A stretch of DNA of 64,000 bases. Source: Candidatus Altimarinota bacterium. Its GTDB lineage: Bacteria > Patescibacteriota > Gracilibacteria > UBA1369. The notes beneath the pieces are model-generated. The model did not search any database. It was not told the origin of the DNA and saw only the letters and a list, made by a program, of their open reading frames with translations. Position 1 is the stretch's first letter. Every line of letters starts with the position of its first letter. The translations under genes and the position numbers were made by a program. Positions 29,662-39,822 of the stretch are shown here, one piece after another. Where the stretch lies: the NCBI GenBank assembly GCA_963677745.1, contig OY782391.1:704001-768000 (forward strand). Direction: 5' to 3'.

Positions 29662-31774
29662 GGCTTCTGGCCCGCATCAGCAGATCCAGAGCTTGTACCC
29701 GGGTCACATATTGCTTGGGAAAAAATTCACCGGTCGGTTGAGCTTGTATCAATCCTTTATCCCAGGCTGCCCTCAGATAGGGTCCCTGCCAGGACTGGGT
29801 AATGTCCTTAAACGGATTGTCGGGAAACCCGGCTCCGCAATTAGGTGTATAACAACCCTGATGTGGAGGGATTCCGGACATTTTGATTGTCAGGGCCACC
29901 GTCTCGGCTTTGTTTATTAATCCGACCCCCAGTTTATCAGGCGCAATGCCCTGTACGTAACCCAAATCCCAGGCTGCCCTTACCCAGGGGCCCATCCACA
30001 TATCCATGTCGGTAAAAGGAGCGCCGGCGCCGCAGTCAGCATCATAACAGCCTTTTTTTGCTTCCTTGCCGAAAGCTTTCATAGCCATCTTTATAAACTC
30101 CGGTCTGGTTATATATTGCTGGTGGCGAATCGTAAAATCCGGGTATCCGCTGATTATGCATTCATCATAAGCTTTTTTAATCAGCGACTCGTAAGGGCTG
30201 CCGCTTATATCAATCGGATAATATACGCCCGGACATTTGCTGAGTTCTTTTTGCGGCGCGGCGGGCTCTGTCGCAGCGGCTTCTGTCACGCCAGCTTTTT
30301 CCTCGCCGAAAATTGCCGTACTAACCTGTTCCAGCAGTCCCGGCTTGGGCTCCTCGGGGGCCGCGCCCCGCAGGGTATCAGCTTGGACGTTTTCAGCACT
30401 GGCGGCTGTTGTTTCGGCGGCAGTGGGAGGGTTTTTAATTTCAAAAGACTGTATGGAAACGTCGGGTTTATAGGTACTGTTTAATTTTGCTTCTACCACA
30501 TATTTGTATTTTCCCAGCGGCACAGCCTGGTCATAATCGTCATAACCGTCCCAAGTTATGGTAAACAGACCCTTTTCCTTGGGTGCGTTCAGGAGCAGTG
30601 TTTTTATTAAATTGTCTGAATTGTCTTCCGCCTTGGGGTCATAAGAGTCCTTGTAGATTGAAACTGTCACGGTGGCAGGAGAAATCAGTGTTACTTTCAG
30701 GGGGAGCCTGTCATAAGCCGGCTGATCGTTTTCAAAATAGAGGGTCAGGGCCTGGGCTCTGGACAACATTATATCCGGACTTGGTTTGAGTTCCGGAGCG
30801 GCCGTTTCGGTGGTATTTGACGTTTCACCGTTGGTTGCGGTGGAACCTCCGGTTGTATTCGTACTTCCAGTGTTGGTATCCGTCGAACCGGAAGTCGGGT
30901 TGTTTGTAGTATCATCTCCTGTAGAACCGCTGGAACTGCTTCTTATCGTAAAACTGGACATCGTCAGCGCGGGGCTTTTGTTGCCGGAAGAGTCAGTCAG
31001 AGTGATTGTGCAATTGCTATAGGTACCCGGTGTCAGCGGATTCAAAACGATCACGTTGTTCCCAACCGCTGCGGTGACTTTGTCCGCACTGCAACTGCCA
31101 CCATAAGTGAGCGTACCGGCCTTGTTGCTTGAAAATGAATAAGACGGCGAAGTTTGATTGGTCGGAGTCGGGATGGGAATCGATTCCTGCAATCTCGGAG
31201 ACACAAAACCCCGGACGCCAAGCTGCGTGTAGTCGCTTTCTGCCGGAAGATTTTTATTGGTCAAATCTAATGAACAGGTATTGTTTAAAGAAAAATCAGG
31301 GTCCAGGGCGTCCAATAAAACCTTGAAATTGACAGTCTTACTGGTGTCGGCCAATTTCAAATCGTAATTTACGGGAGGAATCTTGATTGGAAAATAAAGA
31401 GGGTCCATAAAGGCTGAGCCGTCGGTTGGAGGAGCGTTAATCAACAATTTAGTAAACAGATTCGTTCCGGAATATTCCACGGTGAAATAATTGTTGGAAG
31501 AAACATTTGTGGCATTAATTTCCCATTGGACGGTGTATCTATAACCGTTGGCCATCTGATTGTTTTCCGAGAGAATGGATCCTTTGCAGGAGACGGTTCG
31601 GGCAGTCAATGAGTTTAGGGCAGGTGTGATGGTTTTGATGGTATTTAGCTGTTGGGTAGTCATTGTATTGACGGGTGCGAGAGCTTCCACTGTTCCTGCA
31701 CTTCCCAAACAAGTTAAAACAGAAAGAACAGCAGTGGCGACGACCCAAATTTTGGAAGATTTTGTTTTTGTCAT
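29654..31774 (-). CDS. Secreted surface protein: Ig/FlgD-like domains, Ser/Thr linker, C-terminal SLH-like domains
   Basis: Signal peptide; ITWDGYDD...VPLGKYKY; ISGYPDFTIRHQQYITRPEF, FFPKQYVTRVQAL. Confidence 0.75.
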   Translation of the reverse strand: MTKTKSSKIWVVATAVLSVLTCLGSAGTVEALAPVNTMTTQQLNTIKTITPALNSLTARTVSCKGSILSENNQMANGYRYTVQWEINATNVSSNNYFTVEYSGTNLFTKLLINAPPTDGSAFMDPLYFPIKIPPVNYDLKLADTSKTVNFKVLLDALDPDFSLNNTCSLDLTNKNLPAESDYTQLGVRGFVSPRLQESIPIPTPTNQTSPSYSFSSNKAGTLTYGGSCSADKVTAAVGNNVIVLNPLTPGTYSNCTITLTDSSGNKSPALTMSSFTIRSSSSGSTGDDTTNNPTSGSTDTNTGSTNTTGGSTATNGETSNTTETAAPELKPSPDIMLSRAQALTLYFENDQPAYDRLPLKVTLISPATVTVSIYKDSYDPKAEDNSDNLIKTLLLNAPKEKGLFTITWDGYDDYDQAVPLGKYKYVVEAKLNSTYKPDVSIQSFEIKNPPTAAETTAASAENVQADTLRGAAPEEPKPGLLEQVSTAIFGEEKAGVTEAAATEPAAPQKELSKCPGVYYPIDISGSPYESLIKKAYDECIISGYPDFTIRHQQYITRPEFIKMAMKAFGKEAKKGCYDADCGAGAPFTDMDMWMGPWVRAAWDLGYVQGIAPDKLGVGLINKAETVALTIKMSGIPPHQGCYTPNCGAGFPDNPFKDITQSWQGPYLRAAWDKGLIQAQPTGEFFPKQYVTRVQALDLLMRARSLK

Positions 31775-31886
31775 TACTAATTTCTATAAAATCTTTATAT
31801 TATAACATAAAAAACCACCGTAGCAAAGGTGGAGGACGGTTACTAACCTGCCTTAATCGGGATGATTTCCCGCTTTATACAGGCGT

Positions 31887-32630
31887 TTAAAGCTTTTTTC
31901 GGACCTCTGCGGCCAGATCAGGCCGGTCAGTGATCAGTCCGTTCACTTTTCTGGTCAAAAACAACTTGCGCATCATGGTGGGATCATTAACGGTCCAAAC
32001 CATCACCGGTATTTTCCGTTTGAAAGCGGAATCCAGCAGTCCCAGGCGCAGCAAACGGTACTGCACCGCCAAAAAGTCGGCACCGCAGGTTTTCATTCTT
32101 CGCCATGGCAGATATTCACTGATTTTTTGTACCAGTCTGCCCACTCCCCTTCTTCTGAATTCTTCGTTATGCCCTCCCACCCCCAGGATCAGGCCGGTCT
32201 TGATTGTTGGGAAGCGTTTTTTGATGCGAAGCAGTACGCCGTCCAGAAAGCTGGTTACCACGAATTCATCGGGCTGAAAGTGTTTGAGTAACGCCAGCAT
32301 CACTTTCTCCTCATAGCCTGACTCCTTTAATTCCACGATTATTTTCATCCTGTTTTCCAGCTTTTCCAGCGTCTCCTCCAGTACCGGCAGTACCAGTCCT
32401 TCCTGGTTGGCCAGGGCAGCCATGTCTTCATATTGGTTGCCTCTTATCCGGACTCCCTTAATCTCGCGGTCATGAAAAACCACCAGGACATCGTCCCTTG
32501 TTTTGCGGATGTCCATTTCCACCATTTCCGCGCCGACGGCGATCGCTTTCTCAAAAGCCTCCAGTGTATTGTTCTGGTCTACAATTTTGCACCCGCGATG
32601 CCCGACTATGGTGTTGGTTTCAAACAACAT
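31887..32630 (-). CDS. Glycerophosphodiester phosphodiesterase
   Basis: GHRG, NTLEAF, EMDIRKTRD..VVFHD, WTVND, GLITDRPD. Confidence 0.93.
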   Translation of the reverse strand: MLFETNTIVGHRGCKIVDQNNTLEAFEKAIAVGAEMVEMDIRKTRDDVLVVFHDREIKGVRIRGNQYEDMAALANQEGLVLPVLEETLEKLENRMKIIVELKESGYEEKVMLALLKHFQPDEFVVTSFLDGVLLRIKKRFPTIKTGLILGVGGHNEEFRRRGVGRLVQKISEYLPWRRMKTCGADFLAVQYRLLRLGLLDSAFKRKIPVMVWTVNDPTMMRKLFLTRKVNGLITDRPDLAAEVRKKL

Positions 32631-32760
32631 AACCAAAAAGTAAATACAGTTAATAATTAATCCTCCTCAGCCAAAAGCCCAAAACAAAAAGCTTGCAATA
32701 ATAAAACTCTGTTGTAATATACACTCCACTCCGGAATAATGATAATTTACACGCTATATC

Positions 32761-33768
32761 ATGACTAATCCCCCAAAACTGACTACCCCACAGGAAAATC
32801 AAGACGAGCGGCGTCTCGATTTAATTTCCGGCGTACTGGTCGATCTGGTGGATATCTGCAGATTGACTCAAACTCCCGGCATGGCTCCGTTTATCAAAAC
32901 GACCTCAGGCCTGCCCATGGCTTCTTTTCGCCAGAAAATAGCCTGGCTCCTGTCTCCCGTCGAACCCGGACGGTCACATCCGGAAAAAGAAGACGTCTTG
33001 GACGGCGCTGATCTGGAAAATATAGATTCCACCGAGATTAAAGAGTTTATCGAAACTTCAGGAGAAGCCAAATTGCTCGAACACCAGAATAAAATCAGAC
33101 AATTACTGCAGACCGTGCTGGGCCACCCGCAATACCGCCAGGCAGTCCATGATTACCTGAACCAAAGTTATTCGGCCGAAGTCAGGGCCGATCATTATAA
33201 GTTTTTGTCGCATCTGGGTTTTTTGGAAATACCTTTGGTTGGCAAAGATCAAAAGTTCTACCACGGAATTTCTTTGGGAGAATTTGGCGACGATGTCGAC
33301 AATCCGGAAGAAACACAATTAAAAATGGAACAACCCGGCGATTATTTCGACAGGATCGACAAAGTTCTCAAGCAGGGAATAAGAGCCACGGAATACCCTG
33401 AAAACCTGCCCGGACTGGAGTCGATTTCCTGCTCGGAAAACATTAATTATGTTCAGGGCATTGCCGGTGTCTGGTTCCGGCTTACCGATGGGGAAAAACT
33501 TTGGGGACGCACCCTTAGCGAGGTGGAGGGCCGGCACCTGGTTCAGCCGGTTAAAAAACCTCCCTTCCATCTGGTTCTAAGATCCCCCGCCTTCTATGAC
33601 GCCAAAGACCAACTGGAAGTCAGCGACATCTTCAGTGTGGTCAACCGAAAATATTACAAAAGATTTATCAGAAAACTGATTGCCCATCTGCGCACCGCCG
33701 AATTCCCTTTCCAGATGATTGATCCGAATGGGAAAACCCGCAATCCTGGCGCAGAGGACGAGTCCTGA
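32761..33768 (+). CDS. Hypothetical protein
   Basis: 335-aa ORF; FYHG and SIS motifs (see findings). Confidence 0.7.
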   Translation: MTNPPKLTTPQENQDERRLDLISGVLVDLVDICRLTQTPGMAPFIKTTSGLPMASFRQKIAWLLSPVEPGRSHPEKEDVLDGADLENIDSTEIKEFIETSGEAKLLEHQNKIRQLLQTVLGHPQYRQAVHDYLNQSYSAEVRADHYKFLSHLGFLEIPLVGKDQKFYHGISLGEFGDDVDNPEETQLKMEQPGDYFDRIDKVLKQGIRATEYPENLPGLESISCSENINYVQGIAGVWFRLTDGEKLWGRTLSEVEGRHLVQPVKKPPFHLVLRSPAFYDAKDQLEVSDIFSVVNRKYYKRFIRKLIAHLRTAEFPFQMIDPNGKTRNPGAEDES

Positions 33769-33777
33769 TCATCCCGA

Positions 33778-34713
33778 TTATAAATGTTTTTTCAGGAGCG
33801 GCCCGATGTCTATCCCGTCCAGCTCCAGTTCTACCGCCGGCTTCCCGGCCCACCCGGGATCCTGTGCTTCATACGCGGGCCGCTCTGTCCGGTAAAAAAT
33901 TCCCAGCGGTAATCGCCCGTCCTTCTTTTTCCCGCCCGCGGCCGCCTTTCCCTCAGCAGTCTCCATCGCCCTTGCCATAGCCTTCTGCCAGTCGCCGCTG
34001 TCATGACCTGCCTCTTCCAGGCTGTAAGTATTTTCACGGTAATAATCAAAGGTCTGTGCCTTATTATAGGTCACGCAGGGTTGTAAAATATCGATCAGCG
34101 CAAAGCCGGGATGTTGCAGTCCTGTCTGTATCAACTTGACCAGTTGCGGCATATTGCCTGCAAACCCCCTGGCCACAAAAGTACCGCCGGCCGACAGAGC
34201 CACCGCCAAAGGGTTCAAGGGATCGGCAACCACACCATGCGGCGTGGAAGGCGAAACAAAACCCCGGGGTGAAGTTGGCGTCATCTGTCCCTTGGTCAAT
34301 CCATAGACCTGATTATGATGTACCAGACAGGTGATATTTACATTGCGCCTGATTGCCTGCAGCAAATGTCCCAATCCTATCCCATAGGCTCCCCCATCTC
34401 CCACGCTTACCAGCACCGTCAAATCACGATTGGCAAATTTCACGCCGCTGGCACAGGGAATCGCCCGGCCGTGCAGGCTGTGCAGACCGTAAGTATTGAG
34501 CCAGTGGGGAGTTTTTCCGCTGCAGCCGATGTCCGATATATAGGCCACCTGTTCGGGGTCAATCTGCAGCCCTGACAAAGCTTGTTTTACAGCCAGCAGC
34601 ACACCGAAATTTCCGCAGCCCGCACACCAGTCCGGCCGCGCCATGGTATTAAAATCAGACAGTTGGATAAGTTCATTCCTTTTTCCTCCTTTAATTGCCG
34701 GCTGCCCGCCCAT
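33778..34713 (-). CDS. korB: 2-oxoacid:ferredoxin oxidoreductase beta subunit
   Basis: WCAGCG, SDIGCS, LHGRA, GDGG TPP motif, YGLTKGQ, LQPCVTYN; substrate not determinable. Confidence 0.92.
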   Translation of the reverse strand: MGGQPAIKGGKRNELIQLSDFNTMARPDWCAGCGNFGVLLAVKQALSGLQIDPEQVAYISDIGCSGKTPHWLNTYGLHSLHGRAIPCASGVKFANRDLTVLVSVGDGGAYGIGLGHLLQAIRRNVNITCLVHHNQVYGLTKGQMTPTSPRGFVSPSTPHGVVADPLNPLAVALSAGGTFVARGFAGNMPQLVKLIQTGLQHPGFALIDILQPCVTYNKAQTFDYYRENTYSLEEAGHDSGDWQKAMARAMETAEGKAAAGGKKKDGRLPLGIFYRTERPAYEAQDPGWAGKPAVELELDGIDIGPLLKKHL

Positions 34714-34770
34714 GTCGGTTTTATTAATGCCAGCCTAAAATACCATCAATGCCGCCGCATTTCTACAAAA

Positions 34771-35124
34771 CTATTTTTCCAGCGACTTTAAAATATCCTC
34801 CACCGCTTTGGTATCTGCCTGTGTTTCTTTGGCCTCGGCCTCCGCCTGGTCCATCCGGTTGGTAAGGGTTTTGACAGCCATCAGATCTGTACCGATTTTA
34901 TCCATCAGCGGAGCGGTTTGCCCGTTCAGTTTTTGGTCATTCTCTTCAATACTCTGTTTTTCTTTGACCAGAGTGTCATAAAGTTGCCTGGTCAATTCAG
35001 AGTCGGGATTTTTAAGAAGCTCCAGGATCTGTGCTTTCTTATCATCTGGCAAAGCCTGCATGGAGGCCGATTTTTCGATCAAAGCCACCAGTTCCTCGAT
35101 AGTAAATTGATTTTGATTGGGCAT
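34771..35124 (-). CDS. Hypothetical helical protein
   Basis: 117-aa coiled-coil-like ORF. Confidence 0.65.
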   Translation of the reverse strand: MPNQNQFTIEELVALIEKSASMQALPDDKKAQILELLKNPDSELTRQLYDTLVKEKQSIEENDQKLNGQTAPLMDKIGTDLMAVKTLTNRMDQAEAEAKETQADTKAVEDILKSLEK

Positions 35125-35148
35125 GATATGCGGACAAAAATTTGTAGT

Positions 35149-36726
35149 TTAAACAGTCTGGTTTTTTCTTTCCGAAGAATAAACCTGGGCATATTGCATC
35201 GGCTGGTCTTTTTTCTGGTCTTTTGCCGGTAATGGCCTGGAAACGATCACTTCATTATGGGCCAAAGCGACTTGGGTTGGCACGGGAGTATCTGTCTCTA
35301 ACATGTAGTTGGGGAAGTTGTGTTTTTTGGAGAATGTTTTTAGCTCGGCCACCAGATTTTTGAACATATCGGAATTTGTGCCGAAAACGGTCGCTGCAGC
35401 GATGTTACTGGCCAGACTGTCAACCTTTCTGCTCACCTCTTTATCGGTAAATTCCTTATTTTCCATCATTACCGGTGGCTGATCGGCGGTCACAGCTAAG
35501 CGTTCATCGGGACTTATCCTTTCCTGGCGTCCCCACTGGGCGGCCTGTGCGTCATCTTTGGCCTTTTCATATTTCAACAATCTGGGCTGTCCCAACATTC
35601 TGGCCGATGTTTCCCCGGCGCCCTGTATCATGGTTACATATTGCAGCTTTTCGTCGGCATTTTTCTGAATGCAATTGAACTGAGTAACTTCTCTACCGTT
35701 AACCGTCGCCTCTGTCATGGTCATTACCACCATCGTTCCCACCGGACATTTTTCCGACTGCAGATATTCAAGCTGTTTTGAAAGCTCCTGTTGATTTGTC
35801 TCCAAATTCTTTTGAGTTTTCTCGCTCTCGGTAGGAGTGCTGAATTTGGCTCCTTCCACATTGGTGCTGCCGTCCAGTGCCCTGACCACGTCTACAAAAG
35901 CTTTCTTTTCTGAAGGGGCCTGGGTGGCAGTGCGTTCGGCAATATTATGTTCCACTGTGATCTGAAATCTGATGAACTTTCCATCGGTAGAGCGATCCAT
36001 AATCACCGGATCACCATCCATACTTTTTATTTCCACATGGCTTCTGTTTCCCATCAGTTTTTTTAAACCGTCCGCTTCACTTTTGTCCAAAGGTTCATCC
36101 GATACCCGCAGTCTTTCCAGTAACGCCTGATTTAATCTGGCTTCGCCGTTAACCGCCTCGGTTACACCGGGGGCGACGGTAGCTTTTTCAGCTGCTGCCG
36201 GTGCGGCAGTTGCGGCAAATTCAACAGCTCTTCTGGCAGCCAGCGGGTTAAAATCAACGCCCAACGGATCCCCGGGCAGCGGTTGATAATCTGTCTTGTT
36301 TTTATCCAGTGCGGCGAAAATTGTATCAACCTGAGTGAGAGTCCGGCTAATTGCGTCTTTGTTTGCGCTGATATTTGTTCTAACGGCTTCATCCAGTGCT
36401 TTGTAACTTTCTTTTAATTTTGCGTATGCATCGAGCACAGCCTTGTCCTTTGGCTTGTTGGCGTCGAGTGTTGTTTTGTAACCGGTTTGTTCCTTGGTCT
36501 TGCCCTGGTCTTCCTGTTTCAAAACAAACTTAGCCTCCATCTTCTTAATCTGGGTGTCTACGTCCTCACGGGCGGACATCACGATTGCCTTAATTTGATC
36601 GGGAGTCTTGTCTTTGATCGGTTCGGCCACTTCCGGAGCTTTTTGTTCGTTCTCCGCGAAACAAGCCAGTCTCTTCTCTAAAAACAGTCCTCTGTCTGAT
36701 TGTGAAAATGCCTTTAAATTTTTCAT
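35149..36726 (-). CDS. Hypothetical protein
   Basis: 525-aa K/A/T/Q-rich ORF with no classical signal peptide. Confidence 0.75.
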   Translation of the reverse strand: MKNLKAFSQSDRGLFLEKRLACFAENEQKAPEVAEPIKDKTPDQIKAIVMSAREDVDTQIKKMEAKFVLKQEDQGKTKEQTGYKTTLDANKPKDKAVLDAYAKLKESYKALDEAVRTNISANKDAISRTLTQVDTIFAALDKNKTDYQPLPGDPLGVDFNPLAARRAVEFAATAAPAAAEKATVAPGVTEAVNGEARLNQALLERLRVSDEPLDKSEADGLKKLMGNRSHVEIKSMDGDPVIMDRSTDGKFIRFQITVEHNIAERTATQAPSEKKAFVDVVRALDGSTNVEGAKFSTPTESEKTQKNLETNQQELSKQLEYLQSEKCPVGTMVVMTMTEATVNGREVTQFNCIQKNADEKLQYVTMIQGAGETSARMLGQPRLLKYEKAKDDAQAAQWGRQERISPDERLAVTADQPPVMMENKEFTDKEVSRKVDSLASNIAAATVFGTNSDMFKNLVAELKTFSKKHNFPNYMLETDTPVPTQVALAHNEVIVSRPLPAKDQKKDQPMQYAQVYSSERKNQTV

Positions 36727-36821
36727 TTTTTTATTTTTACGTAAATTTATCCTCTTATCTTACCATAAAAAGCCCGTTTTTTCAACAGGTTTACCGCTTC
36801 CCGGTTAGACAATCTCTGGCT

Positions 36822-37526
36822 TTAGGCAGCTCTGTATTCCACCACGTTGGCAAATTGTGCCAGAATCGAAGTCAACTCTTCCAGTTCGGCTTCCCCGAAC
36901 CCCCTCAATCCCTCAAACTCCTCACGCAGCGTTTTGGCGTTGCGGAAGCCCTGCAGCACCCATTTGTCTGCTCCCCGGATGGCTTCTCCCATTGCCCGTA
37001 AAACATGCAGATCATGAAAATCCGGCAAAATTGTGCTGCGAAACTCGTATTCCACTCCCGATCCTTTGATCAGTTCTATGCTCCGTCGAAGTACCTCCTC
37101 CCCTACGTCGACCCCCACCAGCTCCCGGCGATAGGGTAGGGCGTCTTTCAGGTCCATGGCGATGTAATTCACCACCCCGGCCGCCAGGGCACTCTCCAGG
37201 GCCGCCGGATTGGTCCCGTTGGTGTCAAGTTTCACCTGAAAACCCAGATCGCGGACCGCTTTCATTTTATCGAGCAAATCAGGGTGAATGGTCGGTTCAC
37301 CGCCGCAAAAAACCACGCCGTCCAGCATCCCGCGGCGTTCCTTCAGAAAATTCAAAACCGTTTCAAACGGTATCGTCTGTGTCAGCTCTTTCAGTCTCTC
37401 CGGCAGGACGAATTCGGCGTTGTGACAGAAACCGCAACGCAGATTGCATCCCCCGGTGAAGAGAATGCAGGCCAGCCGGCCGGGAAAATCGGTCGCCGTA
37501 AACTTGGTCAGAGCTGTTATGATCAT
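36822..37526 (-). CDS. nrdG: Anaerobic ribonucleotide reductase activating enzyme (radical SAM)
   Basis: DFPGRLA, GCNLRCGFCHN, GGEPT, KLDTNG; start overlaps the upstream stop (TAATG). Confidence 0.93.
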   Translation of the reverse strand: MIITALTKFTATDFPGRLACILFTGGCNLRCGFCHNAEFVLPERLKELTQTIPFETVLNFLKERRGMLDGVVFCGGEPTIHPDLLDKMKAVRDLGFQVKLDTNGTNPAALESALAAGVVNYIAMDLKDALPYRRELVGVDVGEEVLRRSIELIKGSGVEYEFRSTILPDFHDLHVLRAMGEAIRGADKWVLQGFRNAKTLREEFEGLRGFGEAELEELTSILAQFANVVEYRAA

Positions 37527-37975
37527 TATTGGACATGCTTTTGCTGAATTTCCGAAACCTCATTGGCGCGCCAGATCTCTTTGCCGTTCTCATCCACGGC
37601 GATCAGTGTTGGTACGCTGCGGACATTGTATTTGTCGGCGATGTCCCAGAAATTGAGCATAGTGTTATCAATGCCGAAATATTCAATACTGCTGGTCTGC
37701 AGCCAGTTTTTGACGGCCGGACACTTGGGGCAGGTATTGGTGGTGAACAAAAGCAGTTTTGGCTTGGCCGGAACGGCGCTCTCTTCTTTCAGACAGCCTC
37801 CGTATTGATGTACAAACTTGGAATTGGCCTCACAGGTGGCCTTAAAATAAACCCGGGAATAAAACTCCGATTTTTTGCCGAAATTATACTGACTGACCGG
37901 ACGATGATAGCCCATTACTCTGGTCCAAATTTCGCACTTGGTGCGGTCGGCGACTAGCGGTGTGGCGTTTTCCAT
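37526..37975 (-). CDS. Stand-alone NrdD glycyl-radical domain fused to a glutaredoxin/thioredoxin-like domain
   Basis: RTKCEIWTRVMGYHRPVSQYNFGKKSEF, then LLLFTTNTCPKCPAVK...YNVRSVPTLI. Confidence 0.88.
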   Translation of the reverse strand: MENATPLVADRTKCEIWTRVMGYHRPVSQYNFGKKSEFYSRVYFKATCEANSKFVHQYGGCLKEESAVPAKPKLLLFTTNTCPKCPAVKNWLQTSSIEYFGIDNTMLNFWDIADKYNVRSVPTLIAVDENGKEIWRANEVSEIQQKHVQ

Positions 37976-37981
37976 TTTTGT

Positions 37982-39802
37982 TTATTGGTTAATGAGTAAG
38001 GCTTTTTGTTTGGAGATGTGTTTGGCGCGGATTTCCGTATCCAGCTTGGCGTCACCCTGATAACCGATTTCTTCGTCGCATCTTGGACAATAGTCGTGTT
38101 CGCCGGCGATATAACCGTGCTTGGGGCAGATCGAAAAAGTCGGGGAAATGGTGATATAGGGAAGCCTGAAACTGCTCAAAGCCCGTTTTACCAGTTGACG
38201 GCAGCTTTCGGCATCATGCAGCCGTTCACCCAGATAAAGATGCAAAACTGTGCCCCCGGTATATTTGGTTTGGAAACGGTCCTGCATCTGAAGTGCTTCA
38301 AATACATCGTCGGTGTATTCCACCGGAAGCTGGGTGGAGTTGGTATAATAGGGATAATCGGTAGTGCCGGACTGGATAATATCGGGATAGCGTTTTTTAT
38401 CCTCCTTGGCGAAACGGTAGGTGGTGCCTTCGGCCGGACTGGCCTCCAGGTTGTAAAGATTGCCGGTTTCTTCCTGAAAACGGATCAGTTGCTGCCGCAT
38501 AAACAGCAGAATTTCTTCGGCGAAATCGCCGCCGAACTGGGTGGTGATATCTTCTTCCCCGCCGGTGAAGTTCTTGATGGCCTCGTTCACGCCGTTGATG
38601 CCGATGGTGGAGAAATGGTTGTTCAGGTGACCCAGATAGCGCTTGGTGAAGGGGTAAAGACCCAGATCCATCCATTTCTGGATTTCTTTTCTTTTAAGTT
38701 CCAGGGAGGTTTTGGCATATTCCATCAATTGTTCCAGCCGGGCAAAAAAGCCGACCTTGTTGCCGCGGTACAGATATCCGAGCCGGGCGGTGTTGATGGT
38801 CACCACTCCCACGCTGCCGGTCATCTCGGCGGACCCGAACAGGCCGTTTCCCCTCTTCAGCAGCTCATTCAGATCCAGCTGCAGACGGCAGCACATCGAG
38901 CGTACATGGTGGGGTTTCAGGTCGGAATTGAGGAAGTTTTGGAAATAGGGCAAGCCGTATTTGGCAGTCATTTCAAAAAGAGAATCGGTATTGGGTCCGT
39001 ACCAGTCGAATTCCGGGGTGATGTTATAGGTGGGGATGGGGAAGGTGAAAACACGCCCTTTGGCGTCGCCCCGGAGCATCACTTCAATATAAGCCTTGTT
39101 GATCATTTGCATTTCCTTTTCCAGCTCGCTGAAGGTGTATTTGAAAGGTTGTCCTCCCAAAAGCAGCCGGCGGTCTTTCAGGTCGGGGGGGCAAACCCAG
39201 TCCAGGGTAATATTGGTAAAAGGTGTCTGTGTCCCCCAGCGGGAAGGAACATTCAGGTTGAACACAAAAACCTGGATGGAGTCATAGACGTATTTATAGG
39301 TTTTTTTCTCCACATAGTCTTCCAGTGCGGCCGCGTCGGCTACCATGTCCTTGAGCTCATCACGGGTCTCCTCGGCGTACTTGCGCACATAGGGGGCCAG
39401 ATAGGTGTCGAAAGAGGAAAAGGCCTGTGCGCCCGCCCACTCGTTCTGCAGAGTGCCCAGAAAGTTGACCATCTGACCGATGGCGCCGGCCAGGTTGCGG
39501 GGAGGAGTTGAATCTATTTTATTTTCAATACCGTTAAATCCTTCTTCCAGCAGTTGCCGGAGAGACCAGCCGGCGCAGTATCCGGAAAACATGTCCAGAT
39601 CATGTATATGAAAGTCCCCTTCGCGATGGGCCTTGCCGACTTCTTCAGGGTAAATATAGGATAGCCAGTAGTTGGCGGTAACTTTTCCGGATGTGTTTAG
39701 AATCATCCCGCCCAAAGAATATCCCTGGTTGGAATTCGCGTTTACGCGCCAGTCGGATTTCGAGAGATACTCCTCCAGAGTCTCCCTTGCCTCAATCGCC
39801 AT
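37982..39802 (-). CDS. nrdD: Class III ribonucleoside-triphosphate reductase catalytic subunit, lacking ATP cone and glycyl-radical loop
   Basis: DWRVNANSN, HIHDL, YCAGWS, FTFPIPT, SMCCRL, YNLEASPAEG, YYTNST, YTGGTVLH, CPKHG..CPRC; no RVxGY. Confidence 0.93.
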   Translation of the reverse strand: MAIEARETLEEYLSKSDWRVNANSNQGYSLGGMILNTSGKVTANYWLSYIYPEEVGKAHREGDFHIHDLDMFSGYCAGWSLRQLLEEGFNGIENKIDSTPPRNLAGAIGQMVNFLGTLQNEWAGAQAFSSFDTYLAPYVRKYAEETRDELKDMVADAAALEDYVEKKTYKYVYDSIQVFVFNLNVPSRWGTQTPFTNITLDWVCPPDLKDRRLLLGGQPFKYTFSELEKEMQMINKAYIEVMLRGDAKGRVFTFPIPTYNITPEFDWYGPNTDSLFEMTAKYGLPYFQNFLNSDLKPHHVRSMCCRLQLDLNELLKRGNGLFGSAEMTGSVGVVTINTARLGYLYRGNKVGFFARLEQLMEYAKTSLELKRKEIQKWMDLGLYPFTKRYLGHLNNHFSTIGINGVNEAIKNFTGGEEDITTQFGGDFAEEILLFMRQQLIRFQEETGNLYNLEASPAEGTTYRFAKEDKKRYPDIIQSGTTDYPYYTNSTQLPVEYTDDVFEALQMQDRFQTKYTGGTVLHLYLGERLHDAESCRQLVKRALSSFRLPYITISPTFSICPKHGYIAGEHDYCPRCDEEIGYQGDAKLDTEIRAKHISKQKALLINQ

Positions 39803-39822
39803 GCTTAAAATTGTTAAAGTAG

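Noticed and set aside
37982-37984. Alternative genetic code explaining the nrdD stop
   Set aside because: TAA, TAG and TGA all terminate conserved genes at expected positions here; code 25 would affect TGA, not TAA
38006-39511. 501-aa + strand ORF
   Set aside because: Antisense shadow of nrdD, explained by codon bias
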